From positions 21,142,001 through 21,206,000 of the forward strand of contig NC_059439.1 in NCBI RefSeq assembly GCF_021028975.2: a stretch of 64,000 nucleotides of DNA, written 5' to 3'. Under the pieces are notes generated by a model, which was not told the DNA's origin, did no database searches, and saw only the letters and a program-made list of their open reading frames with translations. The first letter of the stretch is position 1. Each line of letters starts with the position of its first letter. The position numbers and the translations under genes are program-made. Origin of the DNA: Sphaerodactylus townsendi. Taxonomy: Eukaryota. Of this stretch, positions 36,400-48,736 are shown piece after piece.

Positions 36400-37150
36400 C
36401 TGGCCCGCCCCTTTAGGGCGTTCACAGACTGGCTGCTGCAAATCTGTCTGCCCGGCGGGTATGCAGAGGCCGCGTGGGCCGAGCGGCCGGTGAGGGGTGG
36501 GGGTGAGGGAGGAATGTGGCTGCCCCCCACGTGACCCATAGCCGTAGGCCCGGTGCCGGACGCCCCCCCCCCCCCCCATCGGTACGCTTAAATCCCCTCA
36601 CATCTAAACGTTTATACACAGACATAGATATGGCTATATGAGTTCACACGCGTCCATAATATCTACTGATCTATCACGTACATTACAAGCCACGTGCATG
36701 TGGGCGCATTTCATGCAACAGAGCAACTCCGTCGGTGCGCAGGAGGAGAGGCAGGTGCTAGCTCCGAAATGCACGCATTGGAGATTGCATGAGAGGGTCC
36801 GCCAGCTCCGCGGGCCTTGGGGGTCCGCAGAGGGCGCCCACGACCATTTCTGGGCTCCGAGCCCTGTTGTCTCTGCAGCAGCAGCACCCCGGATCGGACC
36901 CGTACCTGGCACCAGCACCTGGCCCGCTTTCTCCCGCACCCCGCCTCGGATCTTTGCCTGCAACCAGGCCTTTGCGAGCCACTCCGACCCGGGCGATCCG
37001 TCTCCGGCTTGCTGATCCCGCTTGGGCGAGCCTCGAGCTCCGTCTGCTGGAGCTGCCTGCAAAGTGCTCCCATCGGAGACATCCCAGCCCCAAAAATAGA
37101 TGTGGAAAAGGGGGAGACGAGGGCCGAACCCTGTTTCTCAGCGCCAGGAC
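36400..37150. promoter_or_regulatory. CpG island; candidate promoter/first exon of the ZSWIM9-like gene
   Basis: High GC and CpG density and a minus-strand donor cag|gtacgg at 36906/36905. No other gene start nearby. Confidence 0.5.
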
Positions 37151-40100
37151 TTAGCTCTGGAGGGGATGCTGCCTGCCTCTGGACATGTGCAGAGTGCTTG
37201 TATCCTTCCCGCTGATTAAGAAAGTAACCGAATCTGCAGGCTGTAAACACTTAAAATCACAGTTGCAAATATAATTCACGTTTAAAGGATGCCAGCAAGG
37301 ACCCACAGTTCAGTTCAATTCTGCGCATGGGTCTCACCTGCTATTATAATGTCATTTCGTTGGGATGCGTCCCCAACTGAGGGATCAGGAAAGATAAGTA
37401 GAAGTGGGTATGGAAATGGGAGGAAATGGGAGATAGAAGGGGAAGGAAGTAATTATTCCCAAAGGCAAGGAGCGATAATTTATGGCAGCTTCAGAGCTGT
37501 ATTGAAAAGCTTAGTTATGTAGAACACCTGCCTAAATTTTGCAGCGTGCCCAGGAAATGACACTCATATTTTTCAGTTCTTAGCGCGACTTTTTCTGTGA
37601 TGCACAAAAACCATGTTTTCAAATCTCTCTGGGTGCTTTGTGCTGAATCCTGACCTAAATATGGGGGCGGGGTGGCCTTCAGTACAAGACAGGCATGCTT
37701 AAACGGTTTTCAGAGGCTGAAATCTCAGGAAGGTAACGTTGCTCCAGATCTGCTCCTAATGCCAGGGTAGCAATGCCCTACCTTTGGGTCCAGGATCCAA
37801 GGGGTGGTGGTGGTAGAATTGCTTTAGGTGCAGTCCATGGTGGAAAAGGGTTTGGGAAAGGGTCCAACAACAGGGGGTCCAGCCATAAGCTCTGGACCCC
37901 AGCAGCTGCCCCAACACAGGGTATGCTGATACCATCTTTGGTGCTGTGGCTTATTCCCAAACCAACATTGTCCCAGTGGAAGGAGCACTATTAGTAGAAT
38001 GGATCCCAGGGATTTCACCTATAGTTCGATGTAAGGAATCGGATAATCAGTGGTGGCGAACCTTTGGCACTCCAGATGTTATTGACTACAATTCCCAGCA
38101 GCCCCTGCCAATTGGCCATGCTGGCAGGGACTGATGGGAATTGTAGTCCATAACATCTGGCGTTCCAAAGGTTCGCCACCACGGGGATAGGTGCCAATTC
38201 AGCATGTCATGATACCTGCAACCCAACGATCACCAATGCAAAGGCGATAGGAGAGGTTGCAGCTACTATACTTCCCTTCTGCCTATTGTAGCATTCTTCC
38301 TCCATACCTCCAAGAGGTCAGGGGTCACATGAATGACTTTTCACCCAACCACTGAGGATAACTTAGGCAGACAGTGCCAATATGGTGCCTTGACCTGCAA
38401 AATGAGTTGGGATTGGATGGAACCAGAGCTTTTCAACACAAAAATTAGTGTGGGGGATTTTTAGACACTACATCAGCCAGGATATTCCAGTTCCTCTCCC
38501 ACAATCATCTTGAAGCCAATGGCCAATTTTCAGGCTTCCAGCATTATTTTCTAACTAGTTATGCCTACCACTGATGCACAAACGGTTTTATCCTTATAGA
38601 TTTTAAAAAGCTACTTTAGAGTAATTTAAATTAAAATCAACCTGCTGAAGGAGAACTGTTGGACACATATCTGTCTTCCAATACTTGACTTCCCCTGCAA
38701 TTAGATTCCAATGTGGTTGTGTGGGTTTTCCGGGCTGTGTGGCCGTGGTCTGGTAGATCTACCCCAGCCCAGAAAACCCACCACAACCAGTTGATTTCGT
38801 CCGTGAAAGCCTTCAACAATAGATTCCAATGTCTTTGTGCTGATTGCAAAGCCTTTCTGTGACCACATCTATTTGATTTATAGTTTGATTTTGTGTGTGT
38901 ATAATCATGTGGTTGCAAAGCTGCTTTGGAGAAAAGCAAGCAGAAAACTGGCACACAAATATTTTAAGCAAGTCCATCTGCTCAGTGCTGCTGGAATCTG
39001 ATAGACTGTATGTAATCTAAAGCCCACCACAAACTAATGAACTGTCAATATACTCCTTCAACAGAATACACAGGAACTAAAGTTTCTTATTACAACATTA
39101 AATTTTAATGTGCAAACTACAAAAAATAAAGCTTTAATAAAAATATACAAAAACATAACTTTTTTCTTTTTTAAAAAATCTAAAATGTACATATGCAGCT
39201 GTGGGCTGCAAAAATCCCAAACATGCAATTTTGGTATATCAACAGTATTACAGGAATTAAAAATGGTAGTGTAGAAGGCCTTGGAATACTTGACACTTGA
39301 AACTTGTATCTGACAAACATGTACCCAAAACAAAACAAAAAACAAAGCCCAAAATCTGAGGCAGGGATTCAAAAATCAATCTCAGTAGGATTTCATGTAT
39401 TATTTCTCTTTGAACGTCGGAAGTCCTTGTACCATGTAACAAACTGGTTGCAAATTGTCACACGGTAAAGCTACTGTTTGAAAATCATGACCACAAAGCT
39501 ATCTTGGATGCCAGAAGTACACACTGTGGTTCTTCATATCCTCACCAGTATTTTGGAAGTGTACTTAGAAGGAACCCTAAACATTATTTAGGGGAGAAAA
39601 ATGCCCAGCAACATTACAGGTAGAGGGATTCCTTACACAAACAACCATAATGGAAGACACTCTCAAACTGTTCCACCTCTTATTGAGGCACTATTCGAAA
39701 AGGAACTCAACAAAAATTGACGGTCAGTATAATCGTTCCTATCTACAGTACAATATCAAATATATCATGCTAAAAGGAGAAAAAAAACACAGTAAAGAAA
39801 GCACTGGACAAAAGAGTTCTGAGGTGTTGTTCCACTATACATTCCCTGGAGGTATACTTCAGGCTAGTGGAATCGTGACTATTATCGTCAATTATCCCAA
39901 ATACGATTGGATGGCATACACCCACGTGTCAATTATCAGCATTCATATAAGTTATGTAGCACCGGCCGGGAAGTGAACTTTAGGTTTCCACTGCTCTCAG
40001 GAAGACATTACAATTCCCACTAGATACCCTCTTGTCCCTGAAGGAAACCCAGTGGGTTGGATCCAGACAAGACATTTCCAGGGATGCAAAGATTTCTGCT

Positions 40101-40667
40101 CAAGGAGAATGATTTTCCACCTCCTCCCATCCCATGGCAGCCTGAAATCCTCCCTGAAACCCTGTTCCTGTTCTTTGTCCTCCAACGACAGGATTTGCAA
40201 GGGCATCACAAACTGAATCACACTACATTCACAGCCATCCTTGCCTATGGATAGAGATCGGTCTCTGGACAGATGCCATTCAATCGCTTTAAACAAAAAT
40301 TCTGCGACTGGAATTTTCACCAGCTCTGCTCAAATCTCTACGTCATGTGCATTTGACACAGCAGCGATCCAGATTTCTCCCTCTCCCTTGGCATCAGGAG
40401 GGACATCATATAAATATAGATTGGAACTTTGTTGTCCCATTCCCTTTTTTATGGGCTTCCACAAGTACCAAATGCACAACGGAAAAGAAAAACAATAACA
40501 TGCAGCTTAAAAGCTGCTGGTAACATTTCTCATCATTCCTGTATTTAAGTGTTTTTATCTGAAGGTGGGGGTCTACTTCACAAGAACCAACCCCTCTGGG
40601 GTTCAGAGCAGTGTCTAAGTTTCTTCCTACATTCAAGTAAGCTAAATTTTGTCTCCCTACATTCAAG

Positions 40668-42082
40668 TCAGCTAAACACATCCTCTCTCTCCTGCGCTTT
40701 CTGCTCCACATTGAATTGCGCTTCAAAACTTTGGTCGCATTCGCAACAGCCGGTCTTTTTGTCCTGGCCCCCCTGGGCCGAATGCCGCCTTGCGTTTTTC
40801 CCACACAGCGAACAACGGCTCGGTTCCTCCCGCACGTGGGTTCTCATGTGATTCACCAGGTTGAATTTGTGGAGGAACCTTTTCCCGCATTCGGAACACT
40901 GGTGGGGCTTGACGCCCGTGTGCACCCGCCGATGTCTGGTGAGGGTCGATTTACGAGAAAAGTTCTTCCCGCATTCGGGGCACGGGAAGAGAGTTTCTTG
41001 CTTGTGAAGGGCCTGTTTGTTCAGAGCCAGCAAGCTGTCAGCATTTTGGCGGGCGAACGGAGCGGGCTGCAGATTGGGGAGGATCCGGCTCCTTGGCTTC
41101 TTCGTACTTTCTTGGACTAGAAACTCTTCCTCGGTTTTTGACAGGATATCATCATCTGCTGGGATTGAAAGAAGACCTATTAACTACTTTTCTTTTCCAG
41201 AACAGTTGCCTTTAGCAGTAAGCTGCTTGGCAGGGATGACATTTAATAATTAAAATATATTATTGATTTTTACAGTAAGGTTAAATAAATATAGATTATG
41301 ATTATATTTGGGTGACTGAGGCATGGTTTTATTAATATATATGTATCAAAGTAGTTCTATTGATAGGACCGTACCTCAATCACCCAGATATAATCATAGT
41401 CACCTCAATCACCCAGATATAATCATATTGTTATGGTCTTGCTCTGGAATCAGGAAAGTATTTTGATTATTAGGTGTCATCTCTGACACTGTTTTATGAT
41501 CATCAGTCACTGCACCTCTGGGATTATGGAAATGCTTAACACACAAAGGGAGCGATGCCAGCCTTCAAACCTAGTTTCCTAAATTTGCACACAGTAACTG
41601 CGACTATGCAAGGGGTGAGGGGCAAGAATTTTGCACTTGAGGGACTAGTTTTCCCAGCCAGTTTGGATGCAAAAGAAAAAGTCCTCCATAAGAGTCCTCG
41701 ATTTCATTACTGCCCATGGATCTAATATCATAGATTGAAGAAAAATAATACGCAATCATTAAAAAAAACCTGAAGTGGCAATATAGGGCAGTGGTGGCAA
41801 ACCTTTGGCACTCCAGATGTTATGGACTACAATTTCCATCAGCCCCTGCCAGCATGACCAATTGGCCATGCTGGCAGGGGCTGATGGGAATTGTAGTCCA
41901 CAACATATGGAGTGCCAAAGGTTCGCCATCATGGATATAGGGTATAACAGTAGATCATCTATTATGCAATATGCTGCATATTGCACTTTAAATGTTTTTA
42001 GATGTTTTAAGTAATTTATTGGTCTTTATTGTATTGTGAACTGCCTAGAGCCCTTTGGGGATGAGGCGGTCTACGAAATCTA

Positions 42083-42161
<79 letters not shown>

Positions 42162-44749
42162 TTCTTATGTAGTTCCACCCCCCGCCCATTTATGCTTTGA
42201 ATATTCTCCCTGGGGATGTAAACATCTTTTCCTGATAGTTGATTTTCCATCTTTTGTGGTGGCTGATGCAAATACTATACAATTTATTTGTTGTATAATA
42301 GAAGTACTGAATCTTGTGATCATTCTCACTCCTGTTAATAGATTTTGTTTTTGTTGTTTCAGTTTTTTTTTAAAAAAAGAATTTAGTCCCTCTGAATTTT
42401 TCACTGATAACATTATCTCTCCATAGCTTCTAAAGCTGTTTCCTGCGTCAATTACAATGTCAAACTGTGGTCAGTTTCCATGTTGAGTCTTGTTCATCTG
42501 TAAAATATTTAGCAGTGAAAAATTGAGAACTAGAACTTAAATTAGAAGCTAGAAACACTCTCAAATACACCCTGAATCACGTGGTACAGTCATCCTAAGA
42601 CTGTACCACAACCAAATTCAGAAAAGAGAACTGAATGGCTTTAGTCATGTGACTTGTCAGTTAGTTATTTTGTCCCTATGCTGCCAAGTCCTCAGACAGA
42701 GGGATGACTTGTAAAGCTATTACCCGGTCTGCATAGGGCTCATTAATTCTTACCCAAGGAGCTGGGGTTTTCGTTAACCTCTTCTTTGGCCTCTCTGCAG
42801 AGAGTCGTCTGCCTGGAGTCCAACGTCATTTGTTCTGTTTCTGGGAAGCTTAAAGACTCCTCGAGCACATATGGCCCCAGCACCTGAAATGTCAACAAAG
42901 TATTCAAATTCAAAATTAAGGTCCTGAATGTGGACAGGAAAATAAAACTATCTTCTGCTAAGACAAGCGAAGGGCTGGCCATGTTTTCTGTGAGTGGAAA
43001 AGAAGAAGGATGACTCCCCAAAATGTCTATTGAAGATCATGGGACCTGAATATACAAAAAACATGGGCAAGGTTCATTACAGTAAGGGAGGAGATTGGGT
43101 TAAAAAAGCTGGCAAAGAATAAGATTATAGGTAGATAGAGATATGGAGAACATGCAACAGAACTTTGTTCCTGACAAAAGTGGTTAAGGATTATTGAACC
43201 CTCGTCTTAGATCAATGCATTAGCATCATTCAAGCGCAACTGTGTTAGGCCCTTCCGCACATGCAGAATAATAGACTTTCAATCCACTTTGCAGCTGGGT
43301 TTTACTGTGTGGAAAAGCAAAATCCACTTGCAAACAATTGTGAAAGTGGATTGAAAGTGTATTATTCTGCATGTGCGGAACATGTGCGGAACAAGAAATT
43401 CCAGTTGCCTCTTTCAGATGAACATATGTCAAATTTATAGAACATGAGGTTTGTAGCAATTGTCCACTTTATCAGACACTGCTGGGATTGTGAGTAGCAA
43501 GCCTGGGAAAGCCGGGGGTGGAATGCTTATCCTAGAACTCTTAAAGAAACTTTAGACTTCTCACTAGATCAGCTGATAGCTCATAACTCAAAGTCCCTAT
43601 AGCATCTCATGATAACAGGTAAATATGTACAAGAGCTCATGTGAATAAAAAACCGCTGAACCTAAAAGGCACGACTAGATTTTTTTTTAATGTGTAGGAA
43701 TAGGAGTGTGAAACTACACATCTTCTCAACGTTCCTGTCATCGGAACAGGGGATTAAGAGAAGCTGGGGGATAGCAAATTTTATCCCACCTTTCTCCCAA
43801 GGAGATCAGGGAAGATGCAATGCAAGACAAGAGGGCTTAACCTCGTTCAGCTTTCTAGGTTTCCGGCTACCTGAGCGAAAGGTGCTCACCTGCTGATACC
43901 TGAACGAAAGGTGCTCACCTGCTGATCCCACCTCTCCCCCTCTCGTTGCTTAAGTAAATAATGCTCTGCCAGGGCAACTGCTTGGATACAGGTCTTGGGG
44001 CGATATTCCTGGACCCAGTCTTGAATTTCCTCTGGCAGGACAGTCAGGAACTGCTCCAAGATCAGCAGCTCCACAATCTGCTCTTTGGTGCGGCTGTCTG
44101 GCTCCAACCAGCGATGGCAGAGTCCCCGTAACCGGCTACAGACCTCGCGAGGCCCCTCAGCCTCCTGGTAGCGAAAGTGTCTGAAGTTCTGGCGGTGTCT
44201 TTCAAGGCTGGCGGCATCTTCCCGTAAAATGGCAGCTTTGACCCGGCTGTAATCTCCGCTTTCCCTGGGATCCAAGCTATTGTAGGCCTGCAGCGCAGCT
44301 CCGTTGAGAGCGGGGACAAGTCGGGTGACCCATTGTTCCTTCGGCCACTTGCACGCATCAGCCACGTGCTCGAAGGTAGCCAAGTAGGTTTCCACATCTT
44401 CTGTTGGCGTGAGTTCCGGTACTTGGAGGTTCCTCCATGCAGGCGAGTGGACTGGTGTAAGGTCAGGGGTTGGCAATTCCTGACCCTGGATTTCCCAGCG
44501 CTGGGGAGCTTCCTGTCGCTCACTTCTAGCCTGATGAGATGTAAACATTTTTAGCCCTCCCCCAGTCGCCCCAACCTGCACAATACGAAAGGTTTTGACT
44601 GAACCCTCTGATACCCCCAGTGGGTCGGATCCCATTGGGTCTGGTTCCTTCTCCGTTTTCACCAAAGGCTGGACTCTTTGCTCTAGCGGTGCTTGACACT
44701 GGAAATATTGGGCCACCATGTTTCGCTTCGCTGTTATTTTCCTCCTCAT
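40668..44749 (-). CDS. SCAN-domain C2H2 zinc-finger protein A; exons 44749 (or 44719)-43919, 42883-42754, 41158-40668
   Basis: SCAN: [54 protein letters not shown]. 130-nt degenerate KRAB-A-like exon. Two intact fingers ([42 protein letters not shown]) plus decayed remnants. Splice phases are compatible. Confidence 0.88.
42082..42161. repeat. (AAT)n microsatellite
   Basis: About 26 perfect AAT units. Confidence 0.97.
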
Positions 44750-44771
44750 TCTTGGTGCTGACTGGGTGGGG

Positions 44772-45222
44772 GATAACCTACTGCATCTGTGTACATGGTT
44801 CTCCAGTTGCACAGTGGCGAAATAGGAAGGCGCTCCAAAGGGTGATCACTACTGCACAAAGGATTATCGGCTGCCCTCTTCCCTCCTTGGAAGAAATCTA
44901 TAATTCCCGAAGCCTAAATAAAGCCCAAAATATTCTGAGGGACCCGTCTCATCCAGCACACTCTCTTTTTAAACTGTTACCATCTGGCAGACGATACAGG
45001 GCCCTCAGAACTAGGACAAAGAGGCTTAGAGACAGCTTCTACTCTAGAGCTGTGGCTATGCTAAACTCCGCTGCTTCATATTGATGTATTTGGGGCTGTG
45101 TAGGGATGGGTGGAGGAAGGGGAAAGTGAGGATGGGGTATGAGTCTGAAATTGTGTGCATCGAGGAATGCTGCTGTTAATTTCGTTGTGCGTGCACAATG
45201 ACAGTAAAATGCTTATGCTTAT
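44772..45222 (+). mobile_element. 5'-truncated Rex1/Babar-like non-LTR retrotransposon
   Basis: [25 protein letters not shown]...ILRDPSHPAHSLFKLLPSGRRYR...RLRDSF C-terminal signature, atgcttatgcttatg tail and a possible GGGA duplication. Confidence 0.85.
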
Positions 45223-45696
45223 GGGAGCCTGAGCCTATGCATCTACACATCTCAGTTCCGCAGGGCCTGTAAAAGCGTTGTTCCACCAAACCTTTTCTGC
45301 CAGGCATCCCTTCCTTTAAGATCATTTCTGGTCCTTGTCTGGATACTGTGTGCGCATCCATTTTTATGTCCTCGTGTTGGTTTCTTTTTACGCCAACTGT
45401 CTGTGATCTGTTTTCAAGCTAATGCTATTTATAATGTTGTAAATGTCTATTTTTGTATTATTTATTGTATTTATGGTATTTATTGTCTCATATGCTTTAT
45501 TGTGAGCTGCCCTGATTGGCGAGATAGAAGTGTAATAAACAAACAAATAAATAAGTAAATCCCATGGAATTCAGCAAGGTTTACTCATCAGCAAATTTGC
45601 ATAGGATTGCAAAGCCATTACTCAGTGACCAGTTGGGGAAATCGGTTCCTCCCTTCGCTTCATGCAGGGTTATAACACAAACTACTAAACTCCCCC

Positions 45697-46165
45697 TTTA
45701 TAATTAAAAATAAACTAACACTCCCTCTTCCCCCCATTCTTTAAATTTTCTCAGCATACACAAGAACAAAAAAACAAAAAAATAAACACATTCACACCAC
45801 CGCATCAATTCAAAACAAGAACATGAAATATAAAAAAGGAAAGCAACCAAATAATAACTTCCTGCTCTCTCATTATTGAATATCAATCCATTCCAGGTTT
45901 ACGCATCTATTTAAAATGGAACAATTTATCCGCTACACACTTTATCATTTCTAATATTCCATTTTAGTCTGCTGACCCTGCAGTTGTAATCTTCTGCCAT
46001 ATTTTTTTTCTAATAGGTAGTCTTTAAAAGGTCTCCAGCTTTCTACAAAACTTCTCTGTATTATTGTCCTTCAACAAGGTTGTTAATTTTGCTGTTTCTG
46101 AATATTCCGTGACCTTCTGTATCCAATCTTCCTTTGCTGGCATTTTTTCCTCTTTCCATTTCCAA
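45697..46165 (-). mobile_element. L1-like LINE 3' fragment
   Basis: Minus strand reads WKWKEEKMPAKEDWIQKVTEYSETAKLT, resembling a squamate L1 ORF2 C-terminus, followed by a T-rich 3' UTR. Confidence 0.6.
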
Positions 46166-46379
46166 CACTTCCTCCTTCACTAAACCTTTTAAAACTGACA
46201 GGGTCTCTCCCCCCCATCCCCATCCTTTCCAAAGCTGAAAGTTAAGTACTTTTTTAAGTGGCAGGGGGTATCACGCGTATAAGCAATAGCCACTGCTCTC
46301 TATCCATTCCTTTCCCCCCCTCTTCCCCCTCCTCAACACGTCTCTAAGTTACACAGCATTCTTTACCATGCCTACACAG

Positions 46380-47285
46380 CACTCTTGATCATGCCTGCAC
46401 GAGCTGCCCGTTTCCAGGGTCAAAGCAAACAGTGGAAAGGACTGAGCCCAATACGACCCCCTCCCACCCCGGGTGCAATAAAACACCCCGGAGATTTGCA
46501 AAGATGCAGCAACTTGGGACGGTGCAAATACCTTGGGTGAGCCCCCGGGCTGGTAGCAAGTTCTGCCCAGCAGCATGCGCTTGGCACAGGCTCAAGCATG
46601 CAACGCTGGTCCGTGCTTAACGATCTTGCGGACCCAACTGCAGCCCAGGCTAATGCACCCGGGGGCTTAGCCTCCTTGACCCAGCCCGGAGCTCCTGCCG
46701 GCGGTCAATTTCCAAAATAAAGAGGTGCCGGGGCTTAAGCCTGCCCGGAAACTACATCCCTCTGACCTGGGAAGTCCTTCCCCCTGGTGATCCCAGAGAT
46801 GTGCAAATTGGCACTGCTGGATGCGCTGGCGTTGCAAAAGCACTCTGCCTATGCGCAGGAGCATGTGCTTTTTAATTGCTCTTTCGCTGTTCCCTGTGTT
46901 GAGGGCATCCCCCACCTCCCCATGCGGGCTTTGAAAAGGCTGGAGGTTTTCAGCTCTGATTCAAAGGTAGCCTAGTTTTTGCAACACCAGACGAGGAAGG
47001 GTTAAGTGGGTTGAGCCCTCTGGGTCCTAGAGCCGCCCAGATTGAGCCAGGAGCAGGAAATCCGTCGTTTTGCAACCGATCTGGGGAGGAGAAAACTTTT
47101 CGGGGTGCATTTTGAGGGGCGGTGGAAAGGAGAAAGGCTTCGGAGCCAGAGGATCACCAGGGCAGATAAATGATCCTGTTGTCTGTTTGTTAACAGACGA
47201 GGAACAATCCGTTTTTTTGTTTTTTTTTCCTGTTTGCTTGCAATACATCCCAGTGAGTCCAAGCAACTTATTTTAAGGTAAGTGT
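46380..47285. promoter_or_regulatory. Bidirectional promoter between the divergent SCAN-ZNF genes
   Basis: CpG-enriched; NRF1-like gcatgcgc (about 46573) and tgcgcaggagca (about 46852); candidate first-exon donors aag|gtattt (-, about 46531) and aag|gtaagt (+, about 47277). Confidence 0.55.
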
Positions 47286-48314
47286 TTATACGGGTGTAGC
47301 AAGAAGCCTTGACATGGAAATCCGAAAGGATTGGTGCTCTAACACCAAGGCAGTTAGTGCTATAAAATCTGGGGCAGCAATTTCAGCTGCACCCTGAAAT
47401 CGACCATTGGACATGCCAATTTCAAGCTTGCCTTTCCCCAGAGCTGAAATTGCACATGTCAATTTCAGGCTTGCTTTCCCCAGAGCTGATTTTGACTCTC
47501 TTTCTTCTGCTGTCCATTATGGAAGATTTAAAGTTTGGCCCATTTGCCCCTCTTGGTGCTGTAGGGTAATTCAGAAGATTAGACTGGTCGGGTTGGAATT
47601 GGAGCTTGTGCAAAGGCAAATCCCTAATCTTTTGCCATCTTAGCGACATCGAAATGCAGTCTGAAATTGCATGCCTTCCTCCCCTATACAGATATTTAAA
47701 AGCATGGGAAGGTACTGCTGCTGCTCCCTATTTATCCTCTTCCACCCTGCCAAATTTCCCCGGGCCTTCTCTAGAACCTGCTTTGATGCCTTTCCTTCAG
47801 TTTTAAGGTAAAGAGGCTACTATATCATATGCTGTAGCAAAATTTTGCTATCAGGCTGCTAAGAAACAGAATGCTCTAAAAAAGCAAGCCAATGACTTTA
47901 TAAACAAAAAACAGAATTCTAGAGATGAACTGGAGACTATCTACTTTGCTTATGGTTGTAAATTAGTGTTGATCTTTTTCTTTTGACATTTGATACCTGT
48001 TTCAACCCAACATTTACAATACAAGCTTTACAACTAGAGTTCTTTTTGTTGTAATTGACAAATTCTAGTCTAATGACCGTAATGAAGACTTGTTGTTTTG
48101 ACAACTATTGCTGGATGCCTTGGGGAGGGGGTTAGGGAAGGGTAAAATCTTTGCAGTAAACTGAGTAGAAAGGCAAACTTTGGTCATGTAATAGTGGTGT
48201 AGTCTAGACCGCTGCAGCTGCTGGAATTAGCTTAGGAGCCCTGCCTGCATTGATTCTGGTAATTTTATATTTGAGACAAAATTGCTCTGTTTAGGATAAG
48301 GCTATTGAAAGGGT

Positions 48315-48466
48315 CGAAGGCTTTCACAGCTGGATTCAACTGGTTGTGGTGGGTTTTCTGGGCTGTGTGTATACACCTCTGAAGATGCCAGCCACAGATG
48401 CAGGCGAAACGTTAGGCACAAGATCCACCAGACCATGGCCACACAGCCCGGAAAACCCACCACAAC
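48315..48466 (+). mobile_element. Penelope-like fragment with inverted segment, hammerhead core (48376-48416) and 13-bp flanking duplication
   Basis: ctattgaaagggt at 48302-48314 and 48467-48479; 48341-48369 is the inverse of 48440-48467; CTGAAGA...GAAAC core. Confidence 0.8.
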
Positions 48467-48736
48467 CTATTGAAAGGGTATTTGTGTGTGGGTGAGGGGA
48501 GTGAATGTTCCCTCCTATATTCTCACACTTGTTTGTATTTCTGTATCTAAGCGAGAAGCCAGGGGGCTTAAACCGAAAACATGGCTGTATTTGAAGCACG
48601 ATGTCGTCACAGTCCTGCCACAGGAACCATGAATGAGTTGGACTTCACCGTTTGTGCTTGAGCTTCAAGGCCCAGCGTTCCCAGCATTGTCTCACTCATG
48701 ACACAGCAGGTGTGAAATCACAAAGAGGCAAAAACT

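Noticed and set aside
35888-37250. Many overlapping 110-200 aa ORFs
   Set aside because: Expected from stop-codon scarcity in a GC-rich island; no recognisable domains.
42080-42271. Poly-Ile ORF
   Set aside because: Translation of the (AAT)n microsatellite.
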